This document shows positions 41,551 through 50,835 of a stretch of DNA of 64,000 nucleotides, piece by piece. This DNA is from Candidatus Latescibacterota bacterium (GTDB lineage Bacteria; Krumholzibacteriota; Krumholzibacteriia; WVZY01). The notes under the pieces are model-generated. The model did no database searches. It saw only the letters and a program-made list of their open reading frames with translations, and had not been told where the DNA came from. A program made the position numbers and the translations under genes. Location: contig CAWBQK010000018.1 in NCBI GenBank assembly GCA_963791045.1, positions 96,001 through 160,000 of the forward strand, in the 5' to 3' direction. Each line of letters opens with the position of its first letter. Within the stretch, counting starts at the first letter, position 1.

Positions 41551-41565
41551 TGGCATTGGAATTGC
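41551..41565 (+). promoter_or_regulatory. Candidate sigma-54 promoter facing the GT4 gene
   Basis: TGGCATTGGAATTGC fits TGGC-N7-TTGC, but it lies ~350 nt from the start codon. Confidence 0.35.
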
Positions 41566-41707
41566 GTCATAAGAAAATGTGCTCAAAGACTAGACAGTTT
41601 CTGGCCATCCAGATCAAAGTTCGACCGTTCGGCGGGTGCTTTTTGTGAAAAGTGTCGCAAGGATTTGACACCAAAATCGGTCGAATTGAACAGTTTTAAT
41701 CAGGCAC

Positions 41708-41737
41708 TTGACACGGCTGCACATCCGGTATTATAAA
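41708..41737 (+). promoter_or_regulatory. Sigma-70-type promoter for the GT4 gene
   Basis: TTGACA-N18-TATAAA. Confidence 0.5.
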
Positions 41738-41915
41738 TAGAATATTGGGTGCGGTTGGGCGGTTTTCGAGTCGATTCCTTACTTCTTTTGCTCTTCATTC
41801 AGCCCCGGAAACATTTTCTTCGCCCGCTGCGCATCATGGCGCCCCGCCGGCTATCAGCCACCGAGGACCTCGCCCAAAGATTGTTCGCCGGATTCCGAAC
41901 AGAAAGGAACCACCG

Positions 41916-43148
41916 GTGTTTGAAATCGGCGCGAAAAGCGACAAAATGAAGATGATAGGCGTCATCGGTAACTACCTTCCACGCCGTTGTGGGATCGCAA
42001 CCTTTACATACGATTTAACCGAAGCGATGGTGCGTGAGGCGGATAGAGGGCAGCGCGTTCTCCTCGCGGCGATGAACGACTGCGTTGATGGGTACGCGTA
42101 CCCCCCGCAGGTCGACATCGAAGTTCAACAAGACTCGACACATGAATATGTGCGGCTCGCTCATATGTTTAACTCGCGATGCCGTGTAGTCAATCTTCAG
42201 CATGAATTTGGTATATTCGGAGGGCCGGAGGGCGATAAGGTTCTGAAAATCCTCGATAATTTGCGCATACCACTTGTGGTTACATGTCATACCGTTCTCG
42301 GGGAACCGACTCCGCAGCAGGAAAAGGTGTTCAAACGAATCGTCGATCGCGCGGACAAACTCGTCGTCATGAATTGCAAAGCGATAGAGTACCTGGAGAA
42401 AATTTACAAAGCGCGGCGCGAACAGATCGTCCACATTTGCCACGGTATTCACGACATGCCGTTTGTCGAACCACCATACGTGAAGGAATCGTTTGGTTTG
42501 AGCGGGCGTGTGCTTCTCACCTTCGGTTTGCTCCACCGGAACAAAGGGCTTGAGATCATGGTGGACGCCATGGCGCGGGTGGTTCGGTCGCGGCCGGATA
42601 CGACGTATGTGATTGCCGGACAAACCCATCCGGCCATCGTGCGGGAGGAAGGGGAAGCCTACCGGAGGAGTCTCGAAGCGCGGGCCGCCAGGCTTGGGGT
42701 CGAAAAGAACGTGTTGTTTCTGGACCATTTCGCCGATTTGTCAGATCTGATGCGTTACCTGTCCGAGACGGACATATTCGTGGCACCGTATCTGAATCTC
42801 GATCAGATGACGAGTGGCGCGCTTGCGTACGCCGTTGGTGCGGGAAAAGCGACGGTTGCGACGCCGTTTCTTCATGCCGAGGAACTGCTGGGAGGCGGCC
42901 GCGGAACCCTCGTCCCGGTGGGCGATTCGAATGCGCTGGCGGACGCCGTTATTGATCTGCTCGAAAACGAGGCTGCGATGGCGGAGATGCGCAGAAAGGC
43001 CTATCAACATACGCGGAAAATGGTTTGGCAGGCAGTCGCCCGAGAGTATCTGGATCTCTTTGACCGCACGGCGACAGGCGCACAGGCGCACCTCTCGCTC
43101 GAGCCTCGCTTGTCGGTAACAACGGAACACCAGGCGCACGGCCTCTGA
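41916..43148 (+). CDS. Glycosyltransferase family 4
   Basis: GNYLPRRCGIATFT, QHEFGIFGG, TFGLL..NKGLE, GQTHP, TSGALAYAVGAGK. Confidence 0.9.
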   Translation: MFEIGAKSDKMKMIGVIGNYLPRRCGIATFTYDLTEAMVREADRGQRVLLAAMNDCVDGYAYPPQVDIEVQQDSTHEYVRLAHMFNSRCRVVNLQHEFGIFGGPEGDKVLKILDNLRIPLVVTCHTVLGEPTPQQEKVFKRIVDRADKLVVMNCKAIEYLEKIYKARREQIVHICHGIHDMPFVEPPYVKESFGLSGRVLLTFGLLHRNKGLEIMVDAMARVVRSRPDTTYVIAGQTHPAIVREEGEAYRRSLEARAARLGVEKNVLFLDHFADLSDLMRYLSETDIFVAPYLNLDQMTSGALAYAVGAGKATVATPFLHAEELLGGGRGTLVPVGDSNALADAVIDLLENEAAMAEMRRKAYQHTRKMVWQAVAREYLDLFDRTATGAQAHLSLEPRLSVTTEHQAHGL

Positions 43149-43224
43149 CATAGAGCCGGATGTCATCCGGAAAACTTTGACGGGGAAGTGATCGCTGGAT
43201 GGCGCGAAGTTCGGTGGAGTTCAA

Positions 43225-46200
43225 TCAGGAACGGGCGCCCAGTGATTTCTTCAAAATCGGGAATGTCGTATTCTCGTGAAAAACCGCGATCCTCTCGAGT
43301 TCCTTGAGGATCTCGGTTTTCTTTTCGCCGGACACACGATAACTCATGTCGACAATCTCCGACCCCTGGATCTCTTCGCCTCCGAGGAACGTGCCGCCCA
43401 TGACGAGCATGTAGTCGGGAAGCGAATCGATCCGGTTGGCCGCCGCCCACATCCTGCACCACGCCTGCGCGGTTGTTTTCTCGTCGTACCCGCCCCCACC
43501 GAGAAGCAGCAGATGGTTGCTGTATTCTCTGATCAGAGTGAGAGCGGTTTCCATACCGTTGTTGGTCAGGCTCAATTGGGCAAGCGGGTCCGCCTTGTGG
43601 GTGTCTGCTCCAATTACGGCGACAACGACGGATGGAGAAAACATCTCGACGGCGGGTGTAACGACACGTTTGAAGATTCGTTCGAAAGCTTCGTCATCCG
43701 TGTTTTCGGGGAGAGGGACGTTCACCGTGTAGCCCTGTCCGATGCCCTCGCCGATTTCGTTCTCGAAACCGGACCACGGGTAGAGTGTTTTGCCTGTTTG
43801 ATGGAGCGACACGGTGAGCACCCGGTCGTCGTTGTAATAGGCGTCCTGGACGCCGTTCCCGTGGTGGGCGTCGATATCGATGTAGGCGACCCTGAAACCC
43901 TTCGCGAGAAACATGTCGATGGCGACGATGGCGTCGTTTACATAACAGAAACCCTCGGCATGTGTGCGGCTCGAATGGTGAAAACCACCGAGTGGGTTGA
44001 AAACAATATTGGCGTTTTCCTTGGTGATTAGATCGACGCCGGTAATCGTCGCGGATGAATAAAGCAGGACGTAATCGAATATGCCTTTGAAGATGGGGCA
44101 ATCCTCAACACCGAGATTGAAGTTAATAAACCTGTCCTGCCACTCGCCTGAATTCGCTTGCTCGAGCGCATCGATGAACTCCGGGGCGTGGGATTCGATA
44201 AGCCTCTGTTTTGAAATCATCATCGGCTCTTCGACCCGCATCCACGGTTCGTTCAGGTATCCCTGCTGATTAATAATCTTGAGAGACGTTCGTGCGCGCC
44301 CCGGATTATACGGGTGCTCATCTCCGTATGAAAAGTCCGCGTAACGTCCCGAGTAAACGACGATGCTGTCCTTTGGTTTTTCAATGTCTCGCGTAGGGAA
44401 GCGCACGGTAAATACGCACATCCCCGAGTCGTAGGACTTTTCGGATGTCGGCCAGGCTCTGTTGAGCAGCGCGATCGTTGAAGCGTTTTCCGGGATCACG
44501 TCGGAATAGACCCCCGTCAAACCCCTCGCATATGCGATCTTGTTGAGGTAATTGGCGAGAAAAGTCCCGATGCCGTGGCCGCGATAGTCCTCGCGGACGA
44601 CGATGTCGAACTCTCCCATATTGTTCGACGGATTGTAGGTGTACCGCCCCTCGGCGACAATCTCGGGATTCCGCGGCGATCCGACAAGACCGACAATCGC
44701 CATGTCCTGGCTGTAGTCGATCGAGGCGAGCTTTTGGGCGCTTTCGGTCGAGAGGGTTTTTATGGATCCGTGATAACGGAGACGAATTGTCTCCGGTGTC
44801 AGCGCGTAGAACAGCCGCTGCAGGCGGCGCGCATCGTCCGGTTTGATCGCGCGAAAGAAGAGTTCCGTTCCGTCGGGAAAGGTGTGGCTGAATTCATAAT
44901 GGTGCGGATACACCCCTCCGCCCTCGGGCGGTAAGACGTGTCGCTCAGTGACATACTTGAGTCTCTTTGCCTCGTCGAGCAGTTGTTGCCGGAATTTTGG
45001 ATGTGCAATCGATATCAATGCGATCGCGCGTTCGCGCACGGAACGCCCGTAAAGATTGGCCGATCCGTACTCGGTGACGACGTAGTCGACTTTCGCACGG
45101 TTGAAAGCAACTCCACGGCCGACGCTCGATGCAACAATCCTCGAATGCGCCCCGTCCGGTGTCGTCGAGGGGGTTGCCATTACGGTGAATCCGTTCGTCG
45201 AGCAGTGCGCCCCGTCGATAAAGTCCATACTGCTTGGAAGAGTCCGTTTGAGCGAAACATGCTCGGTGTCCGCCCTGGCCATTCCAGTCAATTCGATCTC
45301 CTGAACCGAATGAATCGATACCATGTTTTCGTTCTGCGAGATCAGAGAGGGATTGCTCACCACATCGATTGGCAAAAGAGAGATATAGGGGTTGCTCGTC
45401 ACATCCCAGTAGAGTTTCTCCGATCCCATGACCATCGTGGCTACGGTTTTGCCCCTGTGTGTGGTTTTGTGTCGGTTCGTCACCGCGCCGGAATTGATAA
45501 GGCGCATTAGATCGTCGGTGATAATATCAGTGTGAATTCCGAGGTTCTTTCGTGTGTCCAGATACCTCATGGTCGAAGCGCCAATAGTCCCGCCACCAAA
45601 ATGAAGTGTCATCCCATCGGTGATCAAGTTGGCGATGTAACGGCCGATGGTAAGAGAGACGGGGTCGAGTGCCGGAGACGGAACCGTGGCGAGCGGAGTA
45701 TCGCCGACGACGAAGTAGTCAATTTTATCGGCGGGAATTATTGAATCCCCAAGGGTGGTCGGCATGTTCTTGTTGACCTGGGCGACAACGAGCCGGGCGT
45801 TGTCAACCGCCGCCTGTGTGGCGTCGACCGACACTCCGAGGCTGCACATCCCCAGCGAATCGGGGGGCGATACATGTATGAGTGCGACGTCGATCGGGAC
45901 CACGCCGTCCGCGATTGCTTTCGGCAGTTCGCTGACGTTCATCGGGGTATAATCAGTAAGAGTACCTTTTTCGAACGAATCGCCGTGCCGTCCGACATAA
46001 AACGCGTTGTAACGAAAACTTCCCGTGAGCTCAGACCGGGCGAGTTTGGGCTCTTCGTCGGCGGTCGCAAGCTGGATGACTTCGAGGTCGTAGAACTGCC
46101 TGGCCATTTCATCGAGTGTGTCTGTCAAAAGCCGAGGCTCTCCGGCGCCGGATCCGACAAAGATAGTCTGGCCGTTACGAAGATGGGCGAGGGCGTCTTG

Positions 46201-46251
46201 CGCCGTTGCCACTTTGCCGGCAAATCTTTTTTGCCACGATGCGTTTGCCAT
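43225..46251 (-). CDS. Triple fusion: acetyl-CoA hydrolase/transferase-like domain + GNAT acetyltransferase + histone deacetylase (AcuC-like) domain
   Basis: ACH motifs (DVALIHVSPPD..G.CSLGVSVD, AQVN..MP.T.GD, VDYVVTEYG, ERAIALISIAHPKFR). GNAT motif A VREDYRGHGIGT. HDAC motifs GGFHH, GFCYVND, IDIDAHHGNG, SLHQ, GADTH, GGGGY. One uninterrupted ORF, GGAG RBS before MANASW. Confidence 0.92.
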   Translation of the reverse strand: MANASWQKRFAGKVATAQDALAHLRNGQTIFVGSGAGEPRLLTDTLDEMARQFYDLEVIQLATADEEPKLARSELTGSFRYNAFYVGRHGDSFEKGTLTDYTPMNVSELPKAIADGVVPIDVALIHVSPPDSLGMCSLGVSVDATQAAVDNARLVVAQVNKNMPTTLGDSIIPADKIDYFVVGDTPLATVPSPALDPVSLTIGRYIANLITDGMTLHFGGGTIGASTMRYLDTRKNLGIHTDIITDDLMRLINSGAVTNRHKTTHRGKTVATMVMGSEKLYWDVTSNPYISLLPIDVVSNPSLISQNENMVSIHSVQEIELTGMARADTEHVSLKRTLPSSMDFIDGAHCSTNGFTVMATPSTTPDGAHSRIVASSVGRGVAFNRAKVDYVVTEYGSANLYGRSVRERAIALISIAHPKFRQQLLDEAKRLKYVTERHVLPPEGGGVYPHHYEFSHTFPDGTELFFRAIKPDDARRLQRLFYALTPETIRLRYHGSIKTLSTESAQKLASIDYSQDMAIVGLVGSPRNPEIVAEGRYTYNPSNNMGEFDIVVREDYRGHGIGTFLANYLNKIAYARGLTGVYSDVIPENASTIALLNRAWPTSEKSYDSGMCVFTVRFPTRDIEKPKDSIVVYSGRYADFSYGDEHPYNPGRARTSLKIINQQGYLNEPWMRVEEPMMISKQRLIESHAPEFIDALEQANSGEWQDRFINFNLGVEDCPIFKGIFDYVLLYSSATITGVDLITKENANIVFNPLGGFHHSSRTHAEGFCYVNDAIVAIDMFLAKGFRVAYIDIDAHHGNGVQDAYYNDDRVLTVSLHQTGKTLYPWSGFENEIGEGIGQGYTVNVPLPENTDDEAFERIFKRVVTPAVEMFSPSVVVAVIGADTHKADPLAQLSLTNNGMETALTLIREYSNHLLLLGGGGYDEKTTAQAWCRMWAAANRIDSLPDYMLVMGGTFLGGEEIQGSEIVDMSYRVSGEKKTEILKELERIAVFHENTTFPILKKSLGARS

Positions 46252-46473
46252 TAGATTCGTCTCCGTATTGCCCCGTCTGATGCCACCCGCGCCTATTGAT
46301 TGGATTCGGCATTCGATAATCGGTGTGGGAGTCAAGAGTAGGGGGAAATCGCGTAAACGTCAAGTGGCTATTGAGTTTGACGTGATTTTTGGCTTGGGAT
46401 GAAATGGTTGGTGGAGTACGATGGAATGGCCGCTTGTCGCACAATCCGACAAAACGAACCGGACACGGACATC

Positions 46474-47319
46474 ATGACATTGAGAAAGATGACAGCCGAC
46501 GACATAGAATTTGCCGCTGCAGTGGTTGCGGCGGAGGGGTGGCTTGGCGAGACGCCGGGTGTGTTCGAGGGCTTCGTCGAGCGGGACCCGGACGGCTGCC
46601 TGGTCGCCGCCTGTGATGAGCGTCCCGTTGGCATGTGCATTGCCACCGCGTACGGAGCGTGCGGATTTATCGGTGAACTTATTGTTGAAGAAAAGCTGCG
46701 AGGCCGAGGTTTCGGAAAGCAGCTGTTTGAGGCGGCGTTGGAATATCTCGATTTGTCGGGGGCGGGCGATGTCTATCTGGACGCCGACCCGTCCGCCGTT
46801 TCATTTTACGAACGAAATGGATTTCGAAAGATTTGCCGTTCGTTGCGGTTTGTGGGCAAGATCGTGCCTCGCAAACATGCGTCTGTCAGACAGGCAACAC
46901 AAGACGACGTGGAAACGATTTTGATTCTCGACAAGAATCGTTTTGGCGCGGACAGATCGTTTTTTCTTAAGCGACGCCTTCGCGTATTTCCGGCGCTGTG
47001 TCATGTTCTTGTCGTGGATGGCGAGCTCGCCGGATACATTATGGCGCAACCGGGAATCGGCGTGATTTCGGTCGGTCCCTGGCTGGTGCGCGGTGGGGAT
47101 AAGCACGCCGGGACGCTAATCGAGGCGCTGGCCTCAAAGACAAAAGACATTCCGCTGCGTATCGGAGTACTTGAATCCAACCAGAACGCCGTGGAACTGA
47201 TCCGGTCGTTCAAAAAGTTTCAGGAGCACGCTCCGTGCTGGCGAATGGTTCGTGGAAATGGAGAAGGCCTTGGTTTCCACGACGATTTGTATGCGATCGG
47301 ATCGGCGGCGAAGGGGTAA
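46474..47319 (+). CDS. GNAT family N-acetyltransferase (two-domain, YitH/HolE-like)
   Basis: FIGELIV...RGRGFGKQL, FYERNGF, FGADRS, VGPW. Start uncertain (46399-46474). Confidence 0.85.
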   Translation: MTLRKMTADDIEFAAAVVAAEGWLGETPGVFEGFVERDPDGCLVAACDERPVGMCIATAYGACGFIGELIVEEKLRGRGFGKQLFEAALEYLDLSGAGDVYLDADPSAVSFYERNGFRKICRSLRFVGKIVPRKHASVRQATQDDVETILILDKNRFGADRSFFLKRRLRVFPALCHVLVVDGELAGYIMAQPGIGVISVGPWLVRGGDKHAGTLIEALASKTKDIPLRIGVLESNQNAVELIRSFKKFQEHAPCWRMVRGNGEGLGFHDDLYAIGSAAKG

Positions 47320-47394
47320 TTTTGATTTTGATCGCGAAGTATTGTTGTTCTGACGACAATAGATATCCCGCTGTTGCGGAGGAGGAGTCCGGAA

Positions 47395-48228
47395 ATGCCG
47401 ACAAATAGAATGATCGCGCTCGTTCAACAATCCGCCGATGAGGATCGTGAGGCGAACCGGCGGCGTGGACTTGAAGCGGTGAGAACGGCCGCGGGTCGGG
47501 GCGCCAATATTGTTTGTTTTTCCGAGTTGGCCTTCGAGAGGTTCTATCCGCAGGAACAAGCCACGGCCGAAACACTTGCTGTTGCCGAGCCGGTTCCCGG
47601 CGAGACTACGGAAAGATTTACCGCTTTGGCCGCGGAACTCGGTGTGGTTATCGTGCTCAACCTTTTCGAACGAGATGGAGATTTTACATTCGATACGTCG
47701 CCGGTTATTGATGCGGACGGATCGATTCTCGGCAAGACGCGCATGGTCCACATAACAGATTACGAATGTTTTTATGAAAAAGGATATTACCGCCCGGGAG
47801 ATCACGGCGTGCCGGTATTCGATACGGCGTTTGGCCGGATCGGAGTGGCGATATGTTACGATCGACACTACCCCGAGTACATGCGCGCGTTGGCTTTAAA
47901 TGGCGCGGAGATTGTGGTGGTGCCCCAGGCGGGTGCCGTGGGGGAATGGCCTGAAGGACTCTACGAAGCGGAGATGCGTGTCGCCGCGTTTCAAAACGGG
48001 TATTTTGCTGCTCTGTGCAACCGGGTTGGTCCTGAAGCGAAACTCACGTTCGCCGGGGAGTCCTTTATTTGCGATCCCGGCGGCGTTGTTTTTGCGCGTG
48101 CCGGAGAAGGAACCGAAGAAATTCTTTACGGAGAACTCGATCTCGAACGATGCGGCGAATCGCACGCGCGAAAATTGTTTCTGCGTGACAGGCGCCCTGA
48201 ACTTTATTCCGAGTGGCTTTCAAAGTAG
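47395..48228 (+). CDS. Carbon-nitrogen hydrolase (nitrilase superfamily; N-carbamoylputrescine amidase/beta-ureidopropionase-like)
   Basis: CFSELAF, FYEKGYYRPGD, GVAICYDRHYPE, NRVG.E, FAGES, RDRRPELY. GGAGGAG RBS. Confidence 0.9.
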   Translation: MPTNRMIALVQQSADEDREANRRRGLEAVRTAAGRGANIVCFSELAFERFYPQEQATAETLAVAEPVPGETTERFTALAAELGVVIVLNLFERDGDFTFDTSPVIDADGSILGKTRMVHITDYECFYEKGYYRPGDHGVPVFDTAFGRIGVAICYDRHYPEYMRALALNGAEIVVVPQAGAVGEWPEGLYEAEMRVAAFQNGYFAALCNRVGPEAKLTFAGESFICDPGGVVFARAGEGTEEILYGELDLERCGESHARKLFLRDRRPELYSEWLSK

Positions 48229-48237
48229 ACGACGAAC

Positions 48238-49737
48238 TTGATAACACTTCTCTGTCGCAGCCCAATTAGAGCTTGCCGCGCGAGCGTCCTCGTGTTGCTC
48301 CTGGTGTTCCTGTCGGTCTCCGTCGCCGTTCCCGCCGCTCTTTGCGTCGACAGGGAGTGTTTTATGATCCTTGTGGGGAAGGACGCTACGACGGACGGCT
48401 CGGTCCTGCTGGCTCACAACAACGACCTCTCGGGCACCGAGGTTTCACTCGTGGAGAAGCACCCGCGCCGCGAACACGCCCTCGGTGAAACCGTGGTATT
48501 TCCAACAGGACTCGAAATACCCGAATCACCCATGACGTTTGAATGGCTCGTCCTCAGAATCGCAGTGGGTTTTGACGAGGGTGATGCCGTTGCTATCAAT
48601 GAACACCAGGTTGCGATCGCCGGCGGTGTCGCGCTGGGCCGTGACCGTCTCAAACGTGCGGAGAAGGCTGATCCTCTTGTTACGGGTGGGTTGACGGGGG
48701 GTGTGCGCTATATCGCGCTCCAGCGTTCCAAAACGGCGCGTGAGTGCGTGGAAATGGTGGGTCGCTGGTACACCCGGTATGGCGTGACGTATCCGAGCGG
48801 CTTTGGCGTCGCGGATCCTGATGAAATCTGGTACATCGAGTCGGGAGGAGGGCGCAGTTGGGCTGCGGTTCGAATTCCGGACGACTGTTACTGGATCCAG
48901 GCCAACGGGTATCGTATCGGTGTTATCGATCCATCGGACACACTGAATGTGATTACGTCGCCGGGTCTTCTCGATTTTTGCAAGACGCAACGTTTGTGGA
49001 ATCCCGAAGAGGGACCGTTCAGTTTCAAAACGGCTTTCGGCGGAAAATACAACAGCACGCCGGGAAAGGTCAGATACAACACCCGCCGTGTCTGGAGGGG
49101 TATGGACATTTTGAGCCCCTCGCTTGATCTCGACCCTGATGCGGATGAGTTTCCGATGACGGCCCGCCCCGATCTCCCCGTCTCCATAGAGACGCTTGCT
49201 GGTATTCTAAGGGATCATTATGAGGGTACGCCCTTCGACGGTTATCCCGCCGACGGACATGGTTCAGGAGAGCGTTTGATATGTTCTCCCACGTGTGTTC
49301 ATACCGATGTGATCCAACTGCGTCGAAGTCTGCCGGCGGACATCGGTGCTGTGATGTGGGTGGGGTTGAGCCGGCCCGACGCGGCCATTTACGTTCCGTT
49401 CTATTTCGGGATCGATGAAGTGCCGGAACGGTACGGGTGTGCGGATGAGGCGTGTGGTTCCGCGTTCAAAAGCTTTGAACGTCTCTCCAACCTGGTGCTT
49501 GCAAATTACTCGTTAGGCAGTTCGAAAGTAATTCGAGGACGCGAGCATCTGGAAGCCGGCGCGTTCTCGCTACAGAGTACAATTGACGAATCCGCGTCCG
49601 AATTGTACGAGAAGGATCCCTCTCTTGCCCGGGCGTTTCTTTCAACTTATGTCGGGGGGCTTTGCGCTGAATCGCTGGACCTGGCGGCCCGCCTGATTCG
49701 AGAACTGGAGACTGTATCCGGCGCGAGTCATGAATGA
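48238..49737 (+). CDS. C69 family dipeptidase (Ntn hydrolase), exported
   Basis: Signal peptide, then nucleophile CFMILVGKDATTDGSVLLAHN, INEHQVAI, ALQRSKTARE, DPDEIWYIE, YNTRRVW, LRDHYEGT. Confidence 0.88.
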   Translation: MITLLCRSPIRACRASVLVLLLVFLSVSVAVPAALCVDRECFMILVGKDATTDGSVLLAHNNDLSGTEVSLVEKHPRREHALGETVVFPTGLEIPESPMTFEWLVLRIAVGFDEGDAVAINEHQVAIAGGVALGRDRLKRAEKADPLVTGGLTGGVRYIALQRSKTARECVEMVGRWYTRYGVTYPSGFGVADPDEIWYIESGGGRSWAAVRIPDDCYWIQANGYRIGVIDPSDTLNVITSPGLLDFCKTQRLWNPEEGPFSFKTAFGGKYNSTPGKVRYNTRRVWRGMDILSPSLDLDPDADEFPMTARPDLPVSIETLAGILRDHYEGTPFDGYPADGHGSGERLICSPTCVHTDVIQLRRSLPADIGAVMWVGLSRPDAAIYVPFYFGIDEVPERYGCADEACGSAFKSFERLSNLVLANYSLGSSKVIRGREHLEAGAFSLQSTIDESASELYEKDPSLARAFLSTYVGGLCAESLDLAARLIRELETVSGASHE

Positions 49738-49825
49738 CCGGCGAGTGGGGAAGGAGCCTGCCGGCTCATACGGAAAAGAGAGCCGGGCGTTAGAGGATTG
49801 ATACGACCTTCAAGAATCTCCCAGA

Positions 49826-50419
49826 CTACCTTACGATCCAGTTTAGCGCTCCGCGATGGAACACACGCCACAACGTTGACGTCAGCCGTGCCATGGTGTC
49901 GCCGGTTTGAACGTGCTCGCGGGCGGCCTTGAATCTGTCGGGAAGCACGATACGAAACGAAATGTCCATACCGCTTTCATGCCAATTCTCAGTGCCCGTC
50001 GTTTGAATCTTCACATCCTTGCCGCTGCGAGTGACCTGGATGTTGATCGGTTCCGCGGGAGAACTCTTGAGACCGCCGCGTGTCACGCGTTTTGTCTTCT
50101 TCACGATTACGAGCACTTCGTCGCCGTCCCATGTCTCAATTTTTACGTCAGTCGTCGGCGAATCGACATCGATCACGCCGCCCTCCTCGAGATCTATCGA
50201 CATGGTTACCGACTCAACCTCGGTATCGTATTCCGTCTGGTCCGGGTTCTCACAAACCTGTTCTTCGGACGCGCACGCGTCGGCGTTGCACGAAGCGCCG
50301 TACGAGTAGCCGATCGTCCAAACCAGAACGATGAGCACAAGCGCGATGAAAGATAAGAACAGGGGAACCCGCGATTCCACCGGACGGGCGACTGCGGTGG
50401 TGAGCGATTTCTTTTTCAT
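49826..50419 (-). CDS. Membrane-anchored hypothetical protein with DUF4097-like N-terminal beta domain
   Basis: GGAG RBS, one TM segment, DVKIETWDGDEVLV...DISFRIVLP pattern like DUF4097 proteins. Confidence 0.6.
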   Translation of the reverse strand: MKKKSLTTAVARPVESRVPLFLSFIALVLIVLVWTIGYSYGASCNADACASEEQVCENPDQTEYDTEVESVTMSIDLEEGGVIDVDSPTTDVKIETWDGDEVLVIVKKTKRVTRGGLKSSPAEPINIQVTRSGKDVKIQTTGTENWHESGMDISFRIVLPDRFKAAREHVQTGDTMARLTSTLWRVFHRGALNWIVR

Positions 50420-50632
50420 CGTCCGCTCCAAACTGTGGGGATAGGTGAAAATGTTTTTCCCCGGGGGGGAACACCTCGACAACGCTCCCAACCTGCGGGT
50501 GTTCGAGCAAAGAGGTGAGGCAGGGTCAGACGGCCGGTTGCAGAAGTTAATCTTAAGATCGTTGATGAGATTCTTTTTGTCAATACCTGCAACTCGCCTT
50601 TTTTGAATGATTTTGCGCTGTCTTACCCTTTA

Positions 50633-50658
50633 GACGCCCGAGCCATGAATATGGTTGC
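50633..50658 (-). promoter_or_regulatory. Candidate ECF sigma promoter
   Basis: The minus strand reads (T)GCAAC-N17-CGTC(TA), facing the 50419 gene. Confidence 0.5.
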
Positions 50659-50835
50659 AAGTTTTTTTTATAGCTGACAAAAATCAATGAAATTATTGAT
50701 AAATGTCAATAACGCTAATGTTTTGGTGGGGCGAAAGGCAATTTACCGGGCTTGAAACCTCGGGTAGGTCCGATGTACAATTATGACGGCCGGTTTGCGG
50801 GTGTCCTTTCTGGTACGAACTCGGATTGGAGCGCA

